A DNA stretch of 64,000 bases from Candidatus Woesearchaeota archaeon (lineage in GTDB: Archaea > Nanobdellota > Nanobdellia > SCGC-AAA011-G17 > JAGVZF01). The stretch covers positions 28,409-92,408 of the forward strand of contig CAZJUI010000002.1 in assembly GCA_964549185.1 (NCBI GenBank), written 5' to 3'. The notes under the pieces were generated by a model that saw only the letters and a program-made list of their open reading frames with translations, had not been told where the DNA came from and did no database searches. A program made the translations under genes and the position numbers. This document shows positions 20,076 through 29,633 of this stretch, piece by piece; position 1 is the first letter of the stretch; every line of letters starts with the position of its first letter.

Positions 20076-20525
20076 ATGAATGAAAGAATACCATTACAAA
20101 TAATTAGAAGAAGACTGATTTTAACATCAGTTATTGAATATAAAAACCTAAGAAGTACTAGAAAATATATGTAAATTACAATAGACAATGGAAGTCATAA
20201 TTCTTATATCAGTGATAAAGATGTTAAAAAATTACAAATACCAATTAGAGATAAATTAGCAATCGAAGAGGTCGATCTTGGTGGCTCAAGATTCAAACAA
20301 GTTTCCCTTCCAAGAATAACTATGTATATCCTAAAAGAAAATCGTGATTATTTGATATTAAACACTTCATTATCTGCCTTAAAGACAACTAAATCTTCTG
20401 AGCAAAAAATTCAAATAGCACAAATATTACCATCAATATTAGGTTTAGACTTTCTTGAAGACCAAAAACTTTCTTTACATGTTATTTTAAATGAAAACAT
20501 TGCATATTTGGAGGTAGAAAAATGA
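20076..20525 (+). pseudogene. Retropepsin-like (clan AA) aspartic protease pseudogene
   Basis: ATG 20076 is in frame with ORF 20322-20525; in-frame TAA at 20172-20174; IDNGS (for DTG) and SILGLDFL motifs. Confidence 0.75.
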
Positions 20526-20872
20526 AACAAAATAGCAAAAGTTATGCAAGCAAATTTTGGAAAGATTGGTTAGAAGCAGATCTTTTAAAAAGAGAAGACA
20601 TGATCAAAAAATTGCCAATAGTTAAAAATATATGGGATATAAAAAAACTCCCAAAAAAGATAAGAGAACATTCATTTGCTTTATTGCTTCTTGGTTTTTT
20701 TGAAGATTTAGAATCCGCAGTTTATACAAAGATAGAACTTGAAGAAAATAAGAAAAAAGATTTGGAAATTATTAAAAAATTCAAATCAGATAGTACTATG
20801 ACTGAAGAAGACGCAATTAGATTAGGAAGAGAATTAAATAAAAAGATAGCGAAAAGAAGGAAATTCCAATAA
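20522..20872 (+). CDS. Hypothetical protein with antitoxin-like C-terminus
   Basis: ATGA overlap; C-terminal TMTEEDAIRLGRELNKKIAKR. Confidence 0.65.
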   Translation: MKQNSKSYASKFWKDWLEADLLKREDMIKKLPIVKNIWDIKKLPKKIREHSFALLLLGFFEDLESAVYTKIELEENKKKDLEIIKKFKSDSTMTEEDAIRLGRELNKKIAKRRKFQ

Positions 20873-20907
20873 AAAACCTTATAAAACCTATCTTCTCCAG
20901 TATATAC

Positions 20908-21303
20908 ATGAAAAAACAAGAAATATTAGAATTAGTAAGCTACACATTTCAAACCTTACTAGTTACATATCTAGTATTAATTTTATTAGAAGAACTAAAG
21001 AAAGGTTTTGTTTCAGCTTATTTTAACTCAAATTACTTATTAGTCATAGTTATCATTCTAGGAATAGTAACTGTTTTATTCTATAAAGAAGAAAAAAAAT
21101 TCACTTTAGAAGATAAAATAACAAAAAAAGATTATATTTTAATTTCTTTACTTTCAATAGCAGGAATTATTATAATTTTTATAAAAACTAAAAATCTAGG
21201 TTTTCTTAGGTATATAATTTCAATAATAACAGGAATATTAATTTTTTTATTATCATTGCTAGTTTTACAAGAAGATGAGAAAGAAGAAACAGAATGGGTT
21301 TAA
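20908..21303 (+). CDS. Small 4-TM membrane protein
   Basis: Four hydrophobic segments. Confidence 0.8.
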   Translation: MKKQEILELVSYTFQTLLVTYLVLILLEELKKGFVSAYFNSNYLLVIVIILGIVTVLFYKEEKKFTLEDKITKKDYILISLLSIAGIIIIFIKTKNLGFLRYIISIITGILIFLLSLLVLQEDEKEETEWV

Positions 21304-22842
21304 ATGAAAGCTATAATTAAAAATTCATTATTTCAATTATTAATAGTATACACAATTTTAGTAACTTTAGCTAATTTTGATTTTATTTCAAGATATATAA
21401 TTCACTTTGAGATATTTGCATTAATCTTGGCAATTTTCGCCATCTTCACATTAAAAGAAAGCAATAATTTCGAAATAAAACAATATTTTATTTTTCTCCC
21501 ATTATTTTTAATTATAATTACAAGAGCAATTCCTTTCTTATTCTCAAATATTCCTCTTGGTTATGATGTTGGAATCTACAAATATGCTTTTGATACTTAT
21601 ACTTCATCTCTTCCAAATATTCCTTATCAAACAACACAATGGTTTACAAACACATTTCCTTTAGGATTTGCAGCAGTAATAGATACTTTAACCATAGCAG
21701 GATTTAACACATCTTTATTATTAACAATAGGATTAATATTCCTAGAAATATTGCTTGGTTTATCTTTATACATAACAACAAAGAAATTATTCAACAAAGA
21801 AATAGCTTTTTTCTCATTGTTATTATTCTCAGTTTCAATAGCCCAGTTTAAAACATTTTCATATTTCTATTATAAAAATATCATAGCTTTAATTTTCTTA
21901 TTAATTGCATTTTACTTTTTGAAATCAAAAAAATACATTCCATTTGTATTGGTTTCAGTAATGATAGGCTCTATCCATCAGCCAACATTTTTATTATTCG
22001 CTTTAATTGCAGTTATTTACTCTTTAATTAACTATAAAGAATTAAAATACACAATTCCAAGCGGTTTAGCAATTATTATTCTAACTTTACCTTTCTATAT
22101 TGACAGATTAAAAGAATTAATCTTAGATAACATTCAGCCAATAATAACAGCCAATATAGGAGCAGGAACTTTCATAACATTTTTACAATATCAATTTTTA
22201 TCTATAGCTTATTTACCATTTGCAGCTCTAGGTTTTTTCTATTTAATAAAAAAGAAAGATTACACTTTCGCTTTAATTTGGTTTATCATTAATTTCATCA
22301 TAGTTTTCTTCCAATTAATCTTCTTCAATAGATTTATCATTCATCTAGATATTATTTTTATAATCACAGCAGGAATAGGAATTTTCTATTTAATAAAAGA
22401 TAATAAAAAACTAGGTTATACTATAGCAATTGTTTTATTATTATCAACAACATTCTTAACATTAAAAGATGCAGCTGCTTCTAAGCCATTAATCACAGAA
22501 GAAAATCTTAAACTTATACAATCTTTGCAAAACACAGAACAAAATTCATATGTAATGGCAACTTCCTCTTCTTTATCTCCATGGGTTTTAGGATATTCAG
22601 GAAGAGAAACAATAGCTCCTGGATTATTTGATCTAAACAAATGGAATCTTGATCAATGGAAAAGATTTTGGTCAGCTAATAATTACAATGAAATAAGAGA
22701 TTTAATGTTAGATTATTCAAATTTAAAGCCAATGTATATTGTAGCTTACAAAGGTCAACTAAACCTAAATAAATTTAACGATAAATGTTTCTCATTATAC
22801 AATAAAACAAATAACTTATTCATCTATAAACTAGAATGCTAA
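21304..22842 (+). CDS. GT-C-like polytopic membrane glycosyltransferase
   Basis: R...PLGYDVGIY first-loop Asp motif, more than 12 TM segments, soluble C-terminal domain. Confidence 0.7.
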   Translation: MKAIIKNSLFQLLIVYTILVTLANFDFISRYIIHFEIFALILAIFAIFTLKESNNFEIKQYFIFLPLFLIIITRAIPFLFSNIPLGYDVGIYKYAFDTYTSSLPNIPYQTTQWFTNTFPLGFAAVIDTLTIAGFNTSLLLTIGLIFLEILLGLSLYITTKKLFNKEIAFFSLLLFSVSIAQFKTFSYFYYKNIIALIFLLIAFYFLKSKKYIPFVLVSVMIGSIHQPTFLLFALIAVIYSLINYKELKYTIPSGLAIIILTLPFYIDRLKELILDNIQPIITANIGAGTFITFLQYQFLSIAYLPFAALGFFYLIKKKDYTFALIWFIINFIIVFFQLIFFNRFIIHLDIIFIITAGIGIFYLIKDNKKLGYTIAIVLLLSTTFLTLKDAAASKPLITEENLKLIQSLQNTEQNSYVMATSSSLSPWVLGYSGRETIAPGLFDLNKWNLDQWKRFWSANNYNEIRDLMLDYSNLKPMYIVAYKGQLNLNKFNDKCFSLYNKTNNLFIYKLEC

Positions 22843-22858
22843 GCTTTAAAAACAGACA

Positions 22859-22876
22859 TATATACTGCAGTATATA
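22859..22876. promoter_or_regulatory. Perfect 18-bp palindrome between TATA and the LAGLIDADG start
   Basis: TATATACTGCAGTATATA. Confidence 0.6.
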
Positions 22877-22883
22877 GATTAAC

Positions 22884-23804
22884 ATGGAAGAAAAGCGCAT
22901 AATAATACCAAGACCATATAGAAGAAAAAAAATTCAAAATCCAAGGCAATCAAGAGATTATGCATGGTTCTTGGGAGTAATGGCAGGAGATGGTTCTTCT
23001 ACCTATGGGGATAATACTACAAATAATGCAATAAGATTAACAGTTACCTCTGAAGAATTCAGAAACGAATTTGCAAGAAAAGGACAAGAATTATTTGGAT
23101 TAGAAGCAAGAGGATATAAAATTTTCATATCAGAAATAAATCCTAATTGGAAAGATACGTATTATGCAGGATTTAATTCTGCTAATCTTGTTGATTTATT
23201 GGGGGATTTTAGATCAGATAAATGGGTAGATACAATAAAAAATAAACATCTATGGGTTACAGATAAACAAGGATTTATTTGGGGATTTCTTAGTGGATAT
23301 TTCGATTCAGAAGGGAGTGTAAGTAATCCATATAAATTAAGAAGAAAAGCAAAAAATGGGTATGAAACACGAATTCGTTTCGCAACTGCATATAGAAATG
23401 CCGCTGAATTTACTGTAAATTTATTAAATCGAGTAGGAATTAAAAGTTATATAGAAAAAAGTGCTAGCAAAAGAGAAGGAATATCATCCGTAACATTTAC
23501 TAAGTTAGAATATATGAAAAGATTTTCTGAAAATGTTTATTCATTTGTTCAAGAAAAAGAAGAAAGATTAAAATTTTATAGAAACACCAAATTAGTAACA
23601 GGACCATCTCTTGATGTAATAGAAGCTTATCATTTAACAATGAAATTAAGAAAGGAAACTGGATTTGGTTCAAGAAAATTAGCTAAACATCCATTATTAG
23701 AAAAATACAATCTTTCACATACTACAATTAATAATTGGATTTATGCAGGTAATAATCCCACAATTAATGGAAGACATTATACATATTTTAGTTTGGTTGA
23801 TTAA
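22884..23804 (+). CDS. Free-standing double-motif LAGLIDADG endonuclease with C-terminal HTH
   Basis: AWFLGVMAGDGS and WGFLSGYFDSEGS motifs; GFGSRKLAK...LSHTTINNWI HTH; no intein termini. Confidence 0.85.
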   Translation: MEEKRIIIPRPYRRKKIQNPRQSRDYAWFLGVMAGDGSSTYGDNTTNNAIRLTVTSEEFRNEFARKGQELFGLEARGYKIFISEINPNWKDTYYAGFNSANLVDLLGDFRSDKWVDTIKNKHLWVTDKQGFIWGFLSGYFDSEGSVSNPYKLRRKAKNGYETRIRFATAYRNAAEFTVNLLNRVGIKSYIEKSASKREGISSVTFTKLEYMKRFSENVYSFVQEKEERLKFYRNTKLVTGPSLDVIEAYHLTMKLRKETGFGSRKLAKHPLLEKYNLSHTTINNWIYAGNNPTINGRHYTYFSLVD

Positions 23805-23849
23805 ATTCAAATAACAATTCTTAAAAACCTTTATTTTTGTCATATTTTC

Positions 23850-25286
23850 ATGGAATCCGCAGGAAAAGGAACATTATACTTAATAATAGCACAAGTTGTA
23901 ATGATAATCTCAGGTTATCTTACACATTTTGTTCTAGGTAGATATCTAGGACCTGAAAGCTATGGAACTTACGGATTAATATTAACAATAGCCACAACAT
24001 TAAACTTAATCTTAACTTCTGGAATTCCAACCTCAGTTTCAAAGTTTATTGCAGAACAAGAATCAAGATCCAAATCAATTTTAAAAAAAGCATTAAAAGT
24101 ACAATTAATATTCTCAGTTATAATTTCTTTATTATTCTTAGCATCAGCTCATTTAATATCAACATTATTGCAAGATGCTTCATTAACAAATTATTTTAGA
24201 TTAATGTCAATAGTTATCATTCCATATTCCTTATTTTCAATTTTAATTGGTTATTTTAATGGGAAAAGATTATTCAAAACCCAAGCAATATTAAATATTT
24301 TTTATTCAATTGCAAGAGCTGCAGCAATTATAGGTTTAGCCTTCTTATTCCATCTATATGGAACAATTATTGCATTTATGGTATCTCCAATATTAATATT
24401 AATCATAGCATTATATCTATCAAGAAAAGATAAAACCCAAGAAGATTCCATTTCATCCAAAACATTAATAAAATATGCAATTCCAATTTCAATTTTTGCA
24501 GTAATCTTTAATTTTGTACAAACTTTAGATTTATATTTTGTTAAATCTTTGTTAAAACAAGACATCTTTACAGGTTATTACACAGCTTCAATAACAATTT
24601 CCAGAGTTCCATTGTATATTTTAACTTCGTTATCCATAGTTATACTTCCTTTAATATCAAATGCATTAAATGACAAGGAAAGAACAAAAAGATTAATCAA
24701 CTCAGCAACAAAATATACCCTAATTATTTTAATGCCTTTAACAATTTTATTTGCTACAACATCAGAAAGAATAATTTCATTATTTTATTCCAATGTTTAC
24801 TCTCCTGCTTCAACTTCATTATCAATTTTAATAATTGCCATAGCCTTCTTTACAATATATTCATTTTTATCCAATATTCTAAACGGAGCAGGAAAACAAA
24901 GAGTTCCAATGTATATTATTCTAGTCTTATTAGTCATAGATTTTATTTTACTTAATTTCCTAGTTCCAAAATATCAATTGGTTGGAGCAGCAATATCTAC
25001 ATTAATAGTAAGTTTTCTAGCTTTTTTATTATCATCAATCATAGTTTACAAAGAATTCAAAGCTTTAATTTCATTTAGATCTTTAGTAAGAATATTATTT
25101 GCATCTTTAATACTATTTGCTCCATTATTCTACACTTTAAACAAATACTTCTTGCCATTGGAGTATTTAATATTAACTTTACTATATTTAATAATCTTAT
25201 ATTTATTCAAGGAAATAAGAAAACAAGATATCAAAGAATTACTTCCAACTAAATTTCATGGAATATTAAACTTCATTCCCGAATGA
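23850..25286 (+). CDS. Wzx/MOP-family oligosaccharide flippase
   Basis: RYLGPESYGTY, GYYTAS, PKYQLVGAAISTL; about 14 TM segments. Confidence 0.9.
   Translation: MESAGKGTLYLIIAQVVMIISGYLTHFVLGRYLGPESYGTYGLILTIATTLNLILTSGIPTSVSKFIAEQESRSKSILKKALKVQLIFSVIISLLFLASAHLISTLLQDASLTNYFRLMSIVIIPYSLFSILIGYFNGKRLFKTQAILNIFYSIARAAAIIGLAFLFHLYGTIIAFMVSPILILIIALYLSRKDKTQEDSISSKTLIKYAIPISIFAVIFNFVQTLDLYFVKSLLKQDIFTGYYTASITISRVPLYILTSLSIVILPLISNALNDKERTKRLINSATKYTLIILMPLTILFATTSERIISLFYSNVYSPASTSLSILIIAIAFFTIYSFLSNILNGAGKQRVPMYIILVLLVIDFILLNFLVPKYQLVGAAISTLIVSFLAFLLSSIIVYKEFKALISFRSLVRILFASLILFAPLFYTLNKYFLPLEYLILTLLYLIILYLFKEIRKQDIKELLPTKFHGILNFIPE
25229..25286 (+). repeat. Flippase 3' end, repeat copy 1
   Basis: 58 bp, 51/58 identical to 25950-26007. 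Confidence 0.9.
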
Positions 25287-25289
25287 TTA

Positions 25290-25676
25290 TTAATAAGATA
25301 TAACTTTAACATCATCAATTCTAGAAAAATGTTGTTTATTATTTGTTATTATTATATTACAATTATTTTTTAACATTATTGCAGATATTAAACAGTCATT
25401 TTGTCCGATCATTTTTCCCTTTTTAGCTAGATCAGATAGAATTTTAGCAGCATTTCTCCCCCAATTATTATTACATAAGATTTTTATAGTTTCAAAAAAG
25501 GATAAAGCAATTTCTTCTTCATTTTTATTAAATTTTTTATTATAAATTCCAAAAAAAACTTCAAAAACATTAATCTCTGTAGTTGCAATGTCTTCTTTAT
25601 ATCTTTCTATAACATTTTTAGCTTCTTTATTTCCATTTAAAAAATCAATAATGCAATCAGAGTCTATACATATCAT
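25290..25676 (-). CDS. vapC: VapC PIN toxin
   Basis: IDSDCIIDFL, E, NDCLISA, TNNKQHFSRI. Confidence 0.9.
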   Translation of the reverse strand: MICIDSDCIIDFLNGNKEAKNVIERYKEDIATTEINVFEVFFGIYNKKFNKNEEEIALSFFETIKILCNNNWGRNAAKILSDLAKKGKMIGQNDCLISAIMLKNNCNIIITNNKQHFSRIDDVKVISY

Positions 25677-25912
25677 TTTTTCTTATACAATCTTAAAAGT
25701 TCTTTACTTGAATTGTCTCTAAGTTTTAAAATATCTCCCTTCATTTTTTTTATTTCAGTTTCTGGCGTATCTTTCCAAGCGCCGGCAAATTTCATTACAT
25801 CTCCCTTTTTTGCAATTCTTCTAATAACATCAGAAAAACTTTCTTCTTCATTTTTAGTTTTTTTTAAAATGTCATACACATCATCCATTATTGATATAGT
25901 TTTAGTTCCCAT
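25673..25912 (-). CDS. vapB: VapB-type (DUF217-like) antitoxin
   Basis: MGTKTISIMDDVY...ESFSDVIRR...FAGAW; start 25912 fits the TATA spacing. Confidence 0.85.
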   Translation of the reverse strand: MGTKTISIMDDVYDILKKTKNEEESFSDVIRRIAKKGDVMKFAGAWKDTPETEIKKMKGDILKLRDNSSKELLRLYKKK

Positions 25913-25949
25913 ACACATACACATACACATACATCTATATAAACTTTTC

Positions 25950-26007
25950 TATCAAAGAACTTCTCTCATCTAAATTTCATGGAATATTAAACTTCATTCC
26001 TGAATAA
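25950..26007 (+). repeat. Displaced flippase 3' end, repeat copy 2
   Basis: Encodes IKELLSSKFHGILNFIPE* versus IKELLPTKFHGILNFIPE*. Confidence 0.9.
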
Positions 26008-26066
26008 CCACTTTTAAAAAGTAACAATAGAAAACTTTATAAGCTAATAATTTTCATAAAGAACCC

Positions 26067-26933
26067 ATGGCAAATATTAAAATTGAAGGTTATAGAACAA
26101 TTTCACCAAACGAGGTATTTGGAAGAGCTTCAAACCCAATACCACATAATGAAACAAAACTTCTTACTGAAACTACTGAACTAATTTATTTGCAAAGATA
26201 TGGTATACCAAGAACAGACGATGTTTTGCAAGCAATTGTAACAAGTGCAGCAGAAGTTAGAGATGAAAAATCAAAGGATAAATATACTTTTTCAGAAATA
26301 GCAAAATTCTTAAAAATAGGCATTAGATTAAATCGCATTAATTCAGAATATATAGAAAAAATAGCAAGCTCTGAAAAAGAAACAATAGACCATATCAAAA
26401 GACATATGCCACCAACAGATTTGGAGCAAGGAAGATATTATCTAAAACTGTTTAATGGCACAATCATTAATGATATTTTAAAAACCTCGGCTCCAGTTAT
26501 AAAATCCATAGGTAACAATAAATATGGAGAAATGATAGAATTATGTTGCAACGATTCACTAATTTTTACATTGATGATGCAAGACAGTAAAACATTGCCA
26601 GATAGATCAGAAATAGAATATCTAATGAAAAGAAGAGCCAATAACCCAGCTGTTAGTTCCATAGCGGGAAAAGGAATAGATTATCAAAAATTTATAAGAA
26701 TTGTAGAATGGTTTTATAATTTATCTACTACTAAAGAAGTTGAGAAAATTCCAGACACATCTTTACCCCTATTTGTAACAACTGCATCTACTGCAATAGC
26801 GGTTTCCGCAATCTGCAAAAGATTAAGAGAATCTCCTTTCGAAAAAGAAGGTAATGGAACTTTAATGGAAACATTGGAAAGTTTATTTGGACAGCTCAAA
26901 AGAGTTGATGAAACAGGCTTTCAAAAAAATTAA
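26067..26933 (+). CDS. Hypothetical protein
   Basis: 288-aa ORF with upstream BRE-TATA (GAAAACTTTATAAG). Confidence 0.8.
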   Translation: MANIKIEGYRTISPNEVFGRASNPIPHNETKLLTETTELIYLQRYGIPRTDDVLQAIVTSAAEVRDEKSKDKYTFSEIAKFLKIGIRLNRINSEYIEKIASSEKETIDHIKRHMPPTDLEQGRYYLKLFNGTIINDILKTSAPVIKSIGNNKYGEMIELCCNDSLIFTLMMQDSKTLPDRSEIEYLMKRRANNPAVSSIAGKGIDYQKFIRIVEWFYNLSTTKEVEKIPDTSLPLFVTTASTAIAVSAICKRLRESPFEKEGNGTLMETLESLFGQLKRVDETGFQKN

Positions 26934-26967
26934 ATAAGTTTATATAATTTCTTAATATACTTATCCT

Positions 26968-27264
26968 ATGCATAAAAAGTTTAAAACAAGAACATTGCTT
27001 GAGAGAATAGTAAAACCAAAAGATTCTGAGCTTACAGTATTAGTTGTAGATGTTTTTGATAATTCCGCAGGTGCAGGATTTGCATATCCATATAATGATC
27101 CAAAAGGAGAAGGAATATTTTTAGACTGTCATCATGGAGATAGATCAAAATACAAGCATGGAAAGATAAAGCACAAACAAGGAGATTTAATTTTTGCTTT
27201 TGTCCAACAGAGGGATAAAGGATTTTACGCTTCTTATTATCGCCCATATAAAAAGAATTATTAA
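26968..27264 (+). CDS. Cold-shock-domain-like OB-fold protein
   Basis: VFD...GAGFA (RNP1-like), GIFLD (RNP2-like), GD; paralogue of 28136-28429. Confidence 0.65.
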   Translation: MHKKFKTRTLLERIVKPKDSELTVLVVDVFDNSAGAGFAYPYNDPKGEGIFLDCHHGDRSKYKHGKIKHKQGDLIFAFVQQRDKGFYASYYRPYKKNY

Positions 27265-27316
27265 CCCAATTCTTGCATAAAAAAGGTTTAAAAATTTATC
27301 TATTAACAAGATTAGT

Positions 27317-27727
27317 ATGTTATCCACAATAAACAGAGAAAAAGGAAGAAAAGTATTGAGATTGGAATTCTTTAACGAAGAAATAAGAGGTTTAGAATAT
27401 TATATAAAATTTAATTTAAAAGAAGAACCTAAGGGGAAAAGATATGATATAAAAAATAATAACCTATTGTTAGGATATAAAGAAAACATTCCATTATGGA
27501 TAAACCTAACAAAAGAAAGAAAAGATTCCATAAGATATTATCGTGGCGGTATAGTTATAGAGCTTACTAGAGTATCCAAGAATAACTTATTAAAAGAGGG
27601 TAAGCTTTCTCCTTACAGAATATCAAATCCAGATGAATATGATTTATTGTTGGTCTCTCATCCGGATCAAGAAGCTATATCCTATAAAAAAATCCCAGAA
27701 TATAAAAAAACAAGCCCAATAGAATAA
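27317..27727 (+). CDS. Hypothetical protein (paralogue of 27730-28098)
   Basis: LRLEF, DSIRY..G.I..ELTR.S, YDLLL shared motifs. Confidence 0.75.
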   Translation: MLSTINREKGRKVLRLEFFNEEIRGLEYYIKFNLKEEPKGKRYDIKNNNLLLGYKENIPLWINLTKERKDSIRYYRGGIVIELTRVSKNNLLKEGKLSPYRISNPDEYDLLLVSHPDQEAISYKKIPEYKKTSPIE

Positions 27728-27729
27728 AA

Positions 27730-28098
27730 ATGAGAAAACTAATATCAGAATTGGAAAATAAACAAGTAAGGATAAGGTTGGAGTTTACAAAAAGTGATAT
27801 AAAAGATTTAGCTTCTGAAAATGGGTTATTGGAAAGTTTGAATAATAAATTAAGACTATTACATCAGCGCTTTGATACAATAGATTTGTCTATAAAATTA
27901 GTAAACGGAAATGATTCAGTAACCTATAAAAATGGGGAAATAACTCTTAATCTATCTAGACAATCTTACATAAAATTAAAAGATCTTAAAAATTCTGGGA
28001 AAACCCATGAGCATCTTTCCTATGGATTTGGTCCTGAAATTTCACAAAATAGTAAAAAATACGAACTTATCCTGACAAAAGAGGGAGCATATTTTTAA
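27730..28098 (+). CDS. Hypothetical protein (paralogue of 27317-27727)
   Basis: IRLEF, DSVTY..G.I..NLSR.S, YELIL. Confidence 0.75.
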   Translation: MRKLISELENKQVRIRLEFTKSDIKDLASENGLLESLNNKLRLLHQRFDTIDLSIKLVNGNDSVTYKNGEITLNLSRQSYIKLKDLKNSGKTHEHLSYGFGPEISQNSKKYELILTKEGAYF

Positions 28099-28135
28099 AA
28101 GATAAGTTTAAATATTTTTTCTACATATTCATTAT

Positions 28136-28429
28136 ATGGAATCGATTCAAGATCCAAGAAGACCTAAAAATAGAATAACTTCTACTCCAGAAAATGTAAA
28201 TCTTGAATCAACAGTAGTCATTTGGTTTAATAATAATAGGGGTTATAGATTTGCTCTGCCCACTGCCGAATCTGAAAATCATGATATTTTCTTACATTGT
28301 AACAATGGAGATATATCGAAATATGTTGATGGATATATAAATCATCAAAAAGGAGACAAAATATTAGTTAAAGTTGAAAAACATAAAGAAAAGTATTATG
28401 CATCATATTTTTGTCCGAATAAATCATAA
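28136..28429 (+). CDS. Cold-shock-domain-like protein
   Basis: VVIWFNNNRGYRFA...DIFLH matches the CSD VKWFN..KGFGFI...DVFVH pattern. Confidence 0.75.
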   Translation: MESIQDPRRPKNRITSTPENVNLESTVVIWFNNNRGYRFALPTAESENHDIFLHCNNGDISKYVDGYINHQKGDKILVKVEKHKEKYYASYFCPNKS

Positions 28430-29209
28430 TATTTTTTCTTCAAGAACCTTAAATACATAATCTCTATCTTCAAATCTTATCATAAAGCCAGCTTTATTAA
28501 CATTTTTCTTAAATTCACCATCAAGATAATAACAAGTACCAATATGTTTATCCAAACCTTCAGTTATAGGTTCAATTAACTTGTTAAAAATATTTAATAA
28601 GGTTATTATATCATTATCTTTAGTGGCAATATAAGTACTGTTATCATTAACAATTAATTCATAAAATGCTAAAGCGCACAATCTTTCATCGTTAAATCTA
28701 TGCCTTCTTTTCCCATCATTAATTAAAGATTCATTAGGTTCCTTGATATTGTATCTTTGTCCAATTTCAACAAATAAATTTTCTATCGCTTCAAGTCTAT
28801 CCGAAAATTCAGCTTTATACGTGTTATTTCTCAATAAACTTCTTACACTCTTCATCCTGTTTAACAAACTGTCAAAATATTTCATATGCTCCTTAGAATA
28901 AACTCTGGGATATATCGACCCAGGACTTCCAAGATATTTGAGATTTAAAATTCTAGCCAGATAACATTCAACAAAATTACTAAATTCTTTTAAACAACCT
29001 TTGCTGGTAAAAACTCTCTTGTCAGGATCTTTCAGGTTTGCTATGATACCACTATAAAATTTTTCTTTATTTTCATAATCAAGAAAAAAATTCATTATTG
29101 ATGGGGTTAGAGCACTTTCCTTTATACTGATATATCCATAATTTATAGGGTCTGCTAAAAAAGATGTATCTAGCAATATTGTATCTTTATTATTTCTATT
29201 ATCTGACAT
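28424..29209 (-). CDS. Large PIN-like domain protein
   Basis: ILLDTSFL, KE, NDERL, IATKDNDI. Confidence 0.65.
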   Translation of the reverse strand: MSDNRNNKDTILLDTSFLADPINYGYISIKESALTPSIMNFFLDYENKEKFYSGIIANLKDPDKRVFTSKGCLKEFSNFVECYLARILNLKYLGSPGSIYPRVYSKEHMKYFDSLLNRMKSVRSLLRNNTYKAEFSDRLEAIENLFVEIGQRYNIKEPNESLINDGKRRHRFNDERLCALAFYELIVNDNSTYIATKDNDIITLLNIFNKLIEPITEGLDKHIGTCYYLDGEFKKNVNKAGFMIRFEDRDYVFKVLEEKIL

Positions 29210-29262
29210 GTTTAGTTTACATAATCAAAAAGCTTTTAAATGTTATTCTTTTAAAATATATT

Positions 29263-29628
29263 ATGGAAAAGATATTTAAGGTATGGCTTGCTGTAATAAT
29301 CTCATTAATTATATTATCATTCATATTAGCTCCTTTTCTTACAATATCAACATCATTTAGAATAGTATTCGGATCATTATTTGTTTTATTTATTCCAGGG
29401 TATTTCATTACATATATCTTCTTCCCAGAAACAACAAAAGAGCATAAAATAGATTCTATAGAAAGAATAACCTTGAGCTTTGCATTGTCAATAGCAACTG
29501 TTCCATTAATAATCTTTTACTTAAACAGGATAGGAGTAAAAATAAATTTATTAAACTCTACACTAATAATAATTGCAATAATTGTGGCTTCGTTAGTAAT
29601 AATATATTTTAAGCAGAAAAAGCATTAG
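29263..29628 (+). CDS. DUF1616-like membrane protein
   Basis: RIVFG..FVLFIPGY...IDSIERITLSFALSIA. Confidence 0.75.
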   Translation: MEKIFKVWLAVIISLIILSFILAPFLTISTSFRIVFGSLFVLFIPGYFITYIFFPETTKEHKIDSIERITLSFALSIATVPLIIFYLNRIGVKINLLNSTLIIIAIIVASLVIIYFKQKKH

Positions 29629-29633
29629 TTATA

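Noticed and set aside
20172..20174. Stop-codon reassignment
   Set aside because: TAA, TAG and TGA all terminate well-supported genes throughout the window; this is a single lesion.
22884..23804. Intein or intron-encoded endonuclease
   Set aside because: No Cys/Ser start or His-Asn end, not fused to a host ORF, and both flanking genes appear complete.
25913..25930. MCMCMC N-terminal extension of VapB or a phase-variable coding microsatellite
   Set aside because: The repeat lies between the TATA box (25936-25943) and the likely leaderless start at 25912, so an operator is more plausible.
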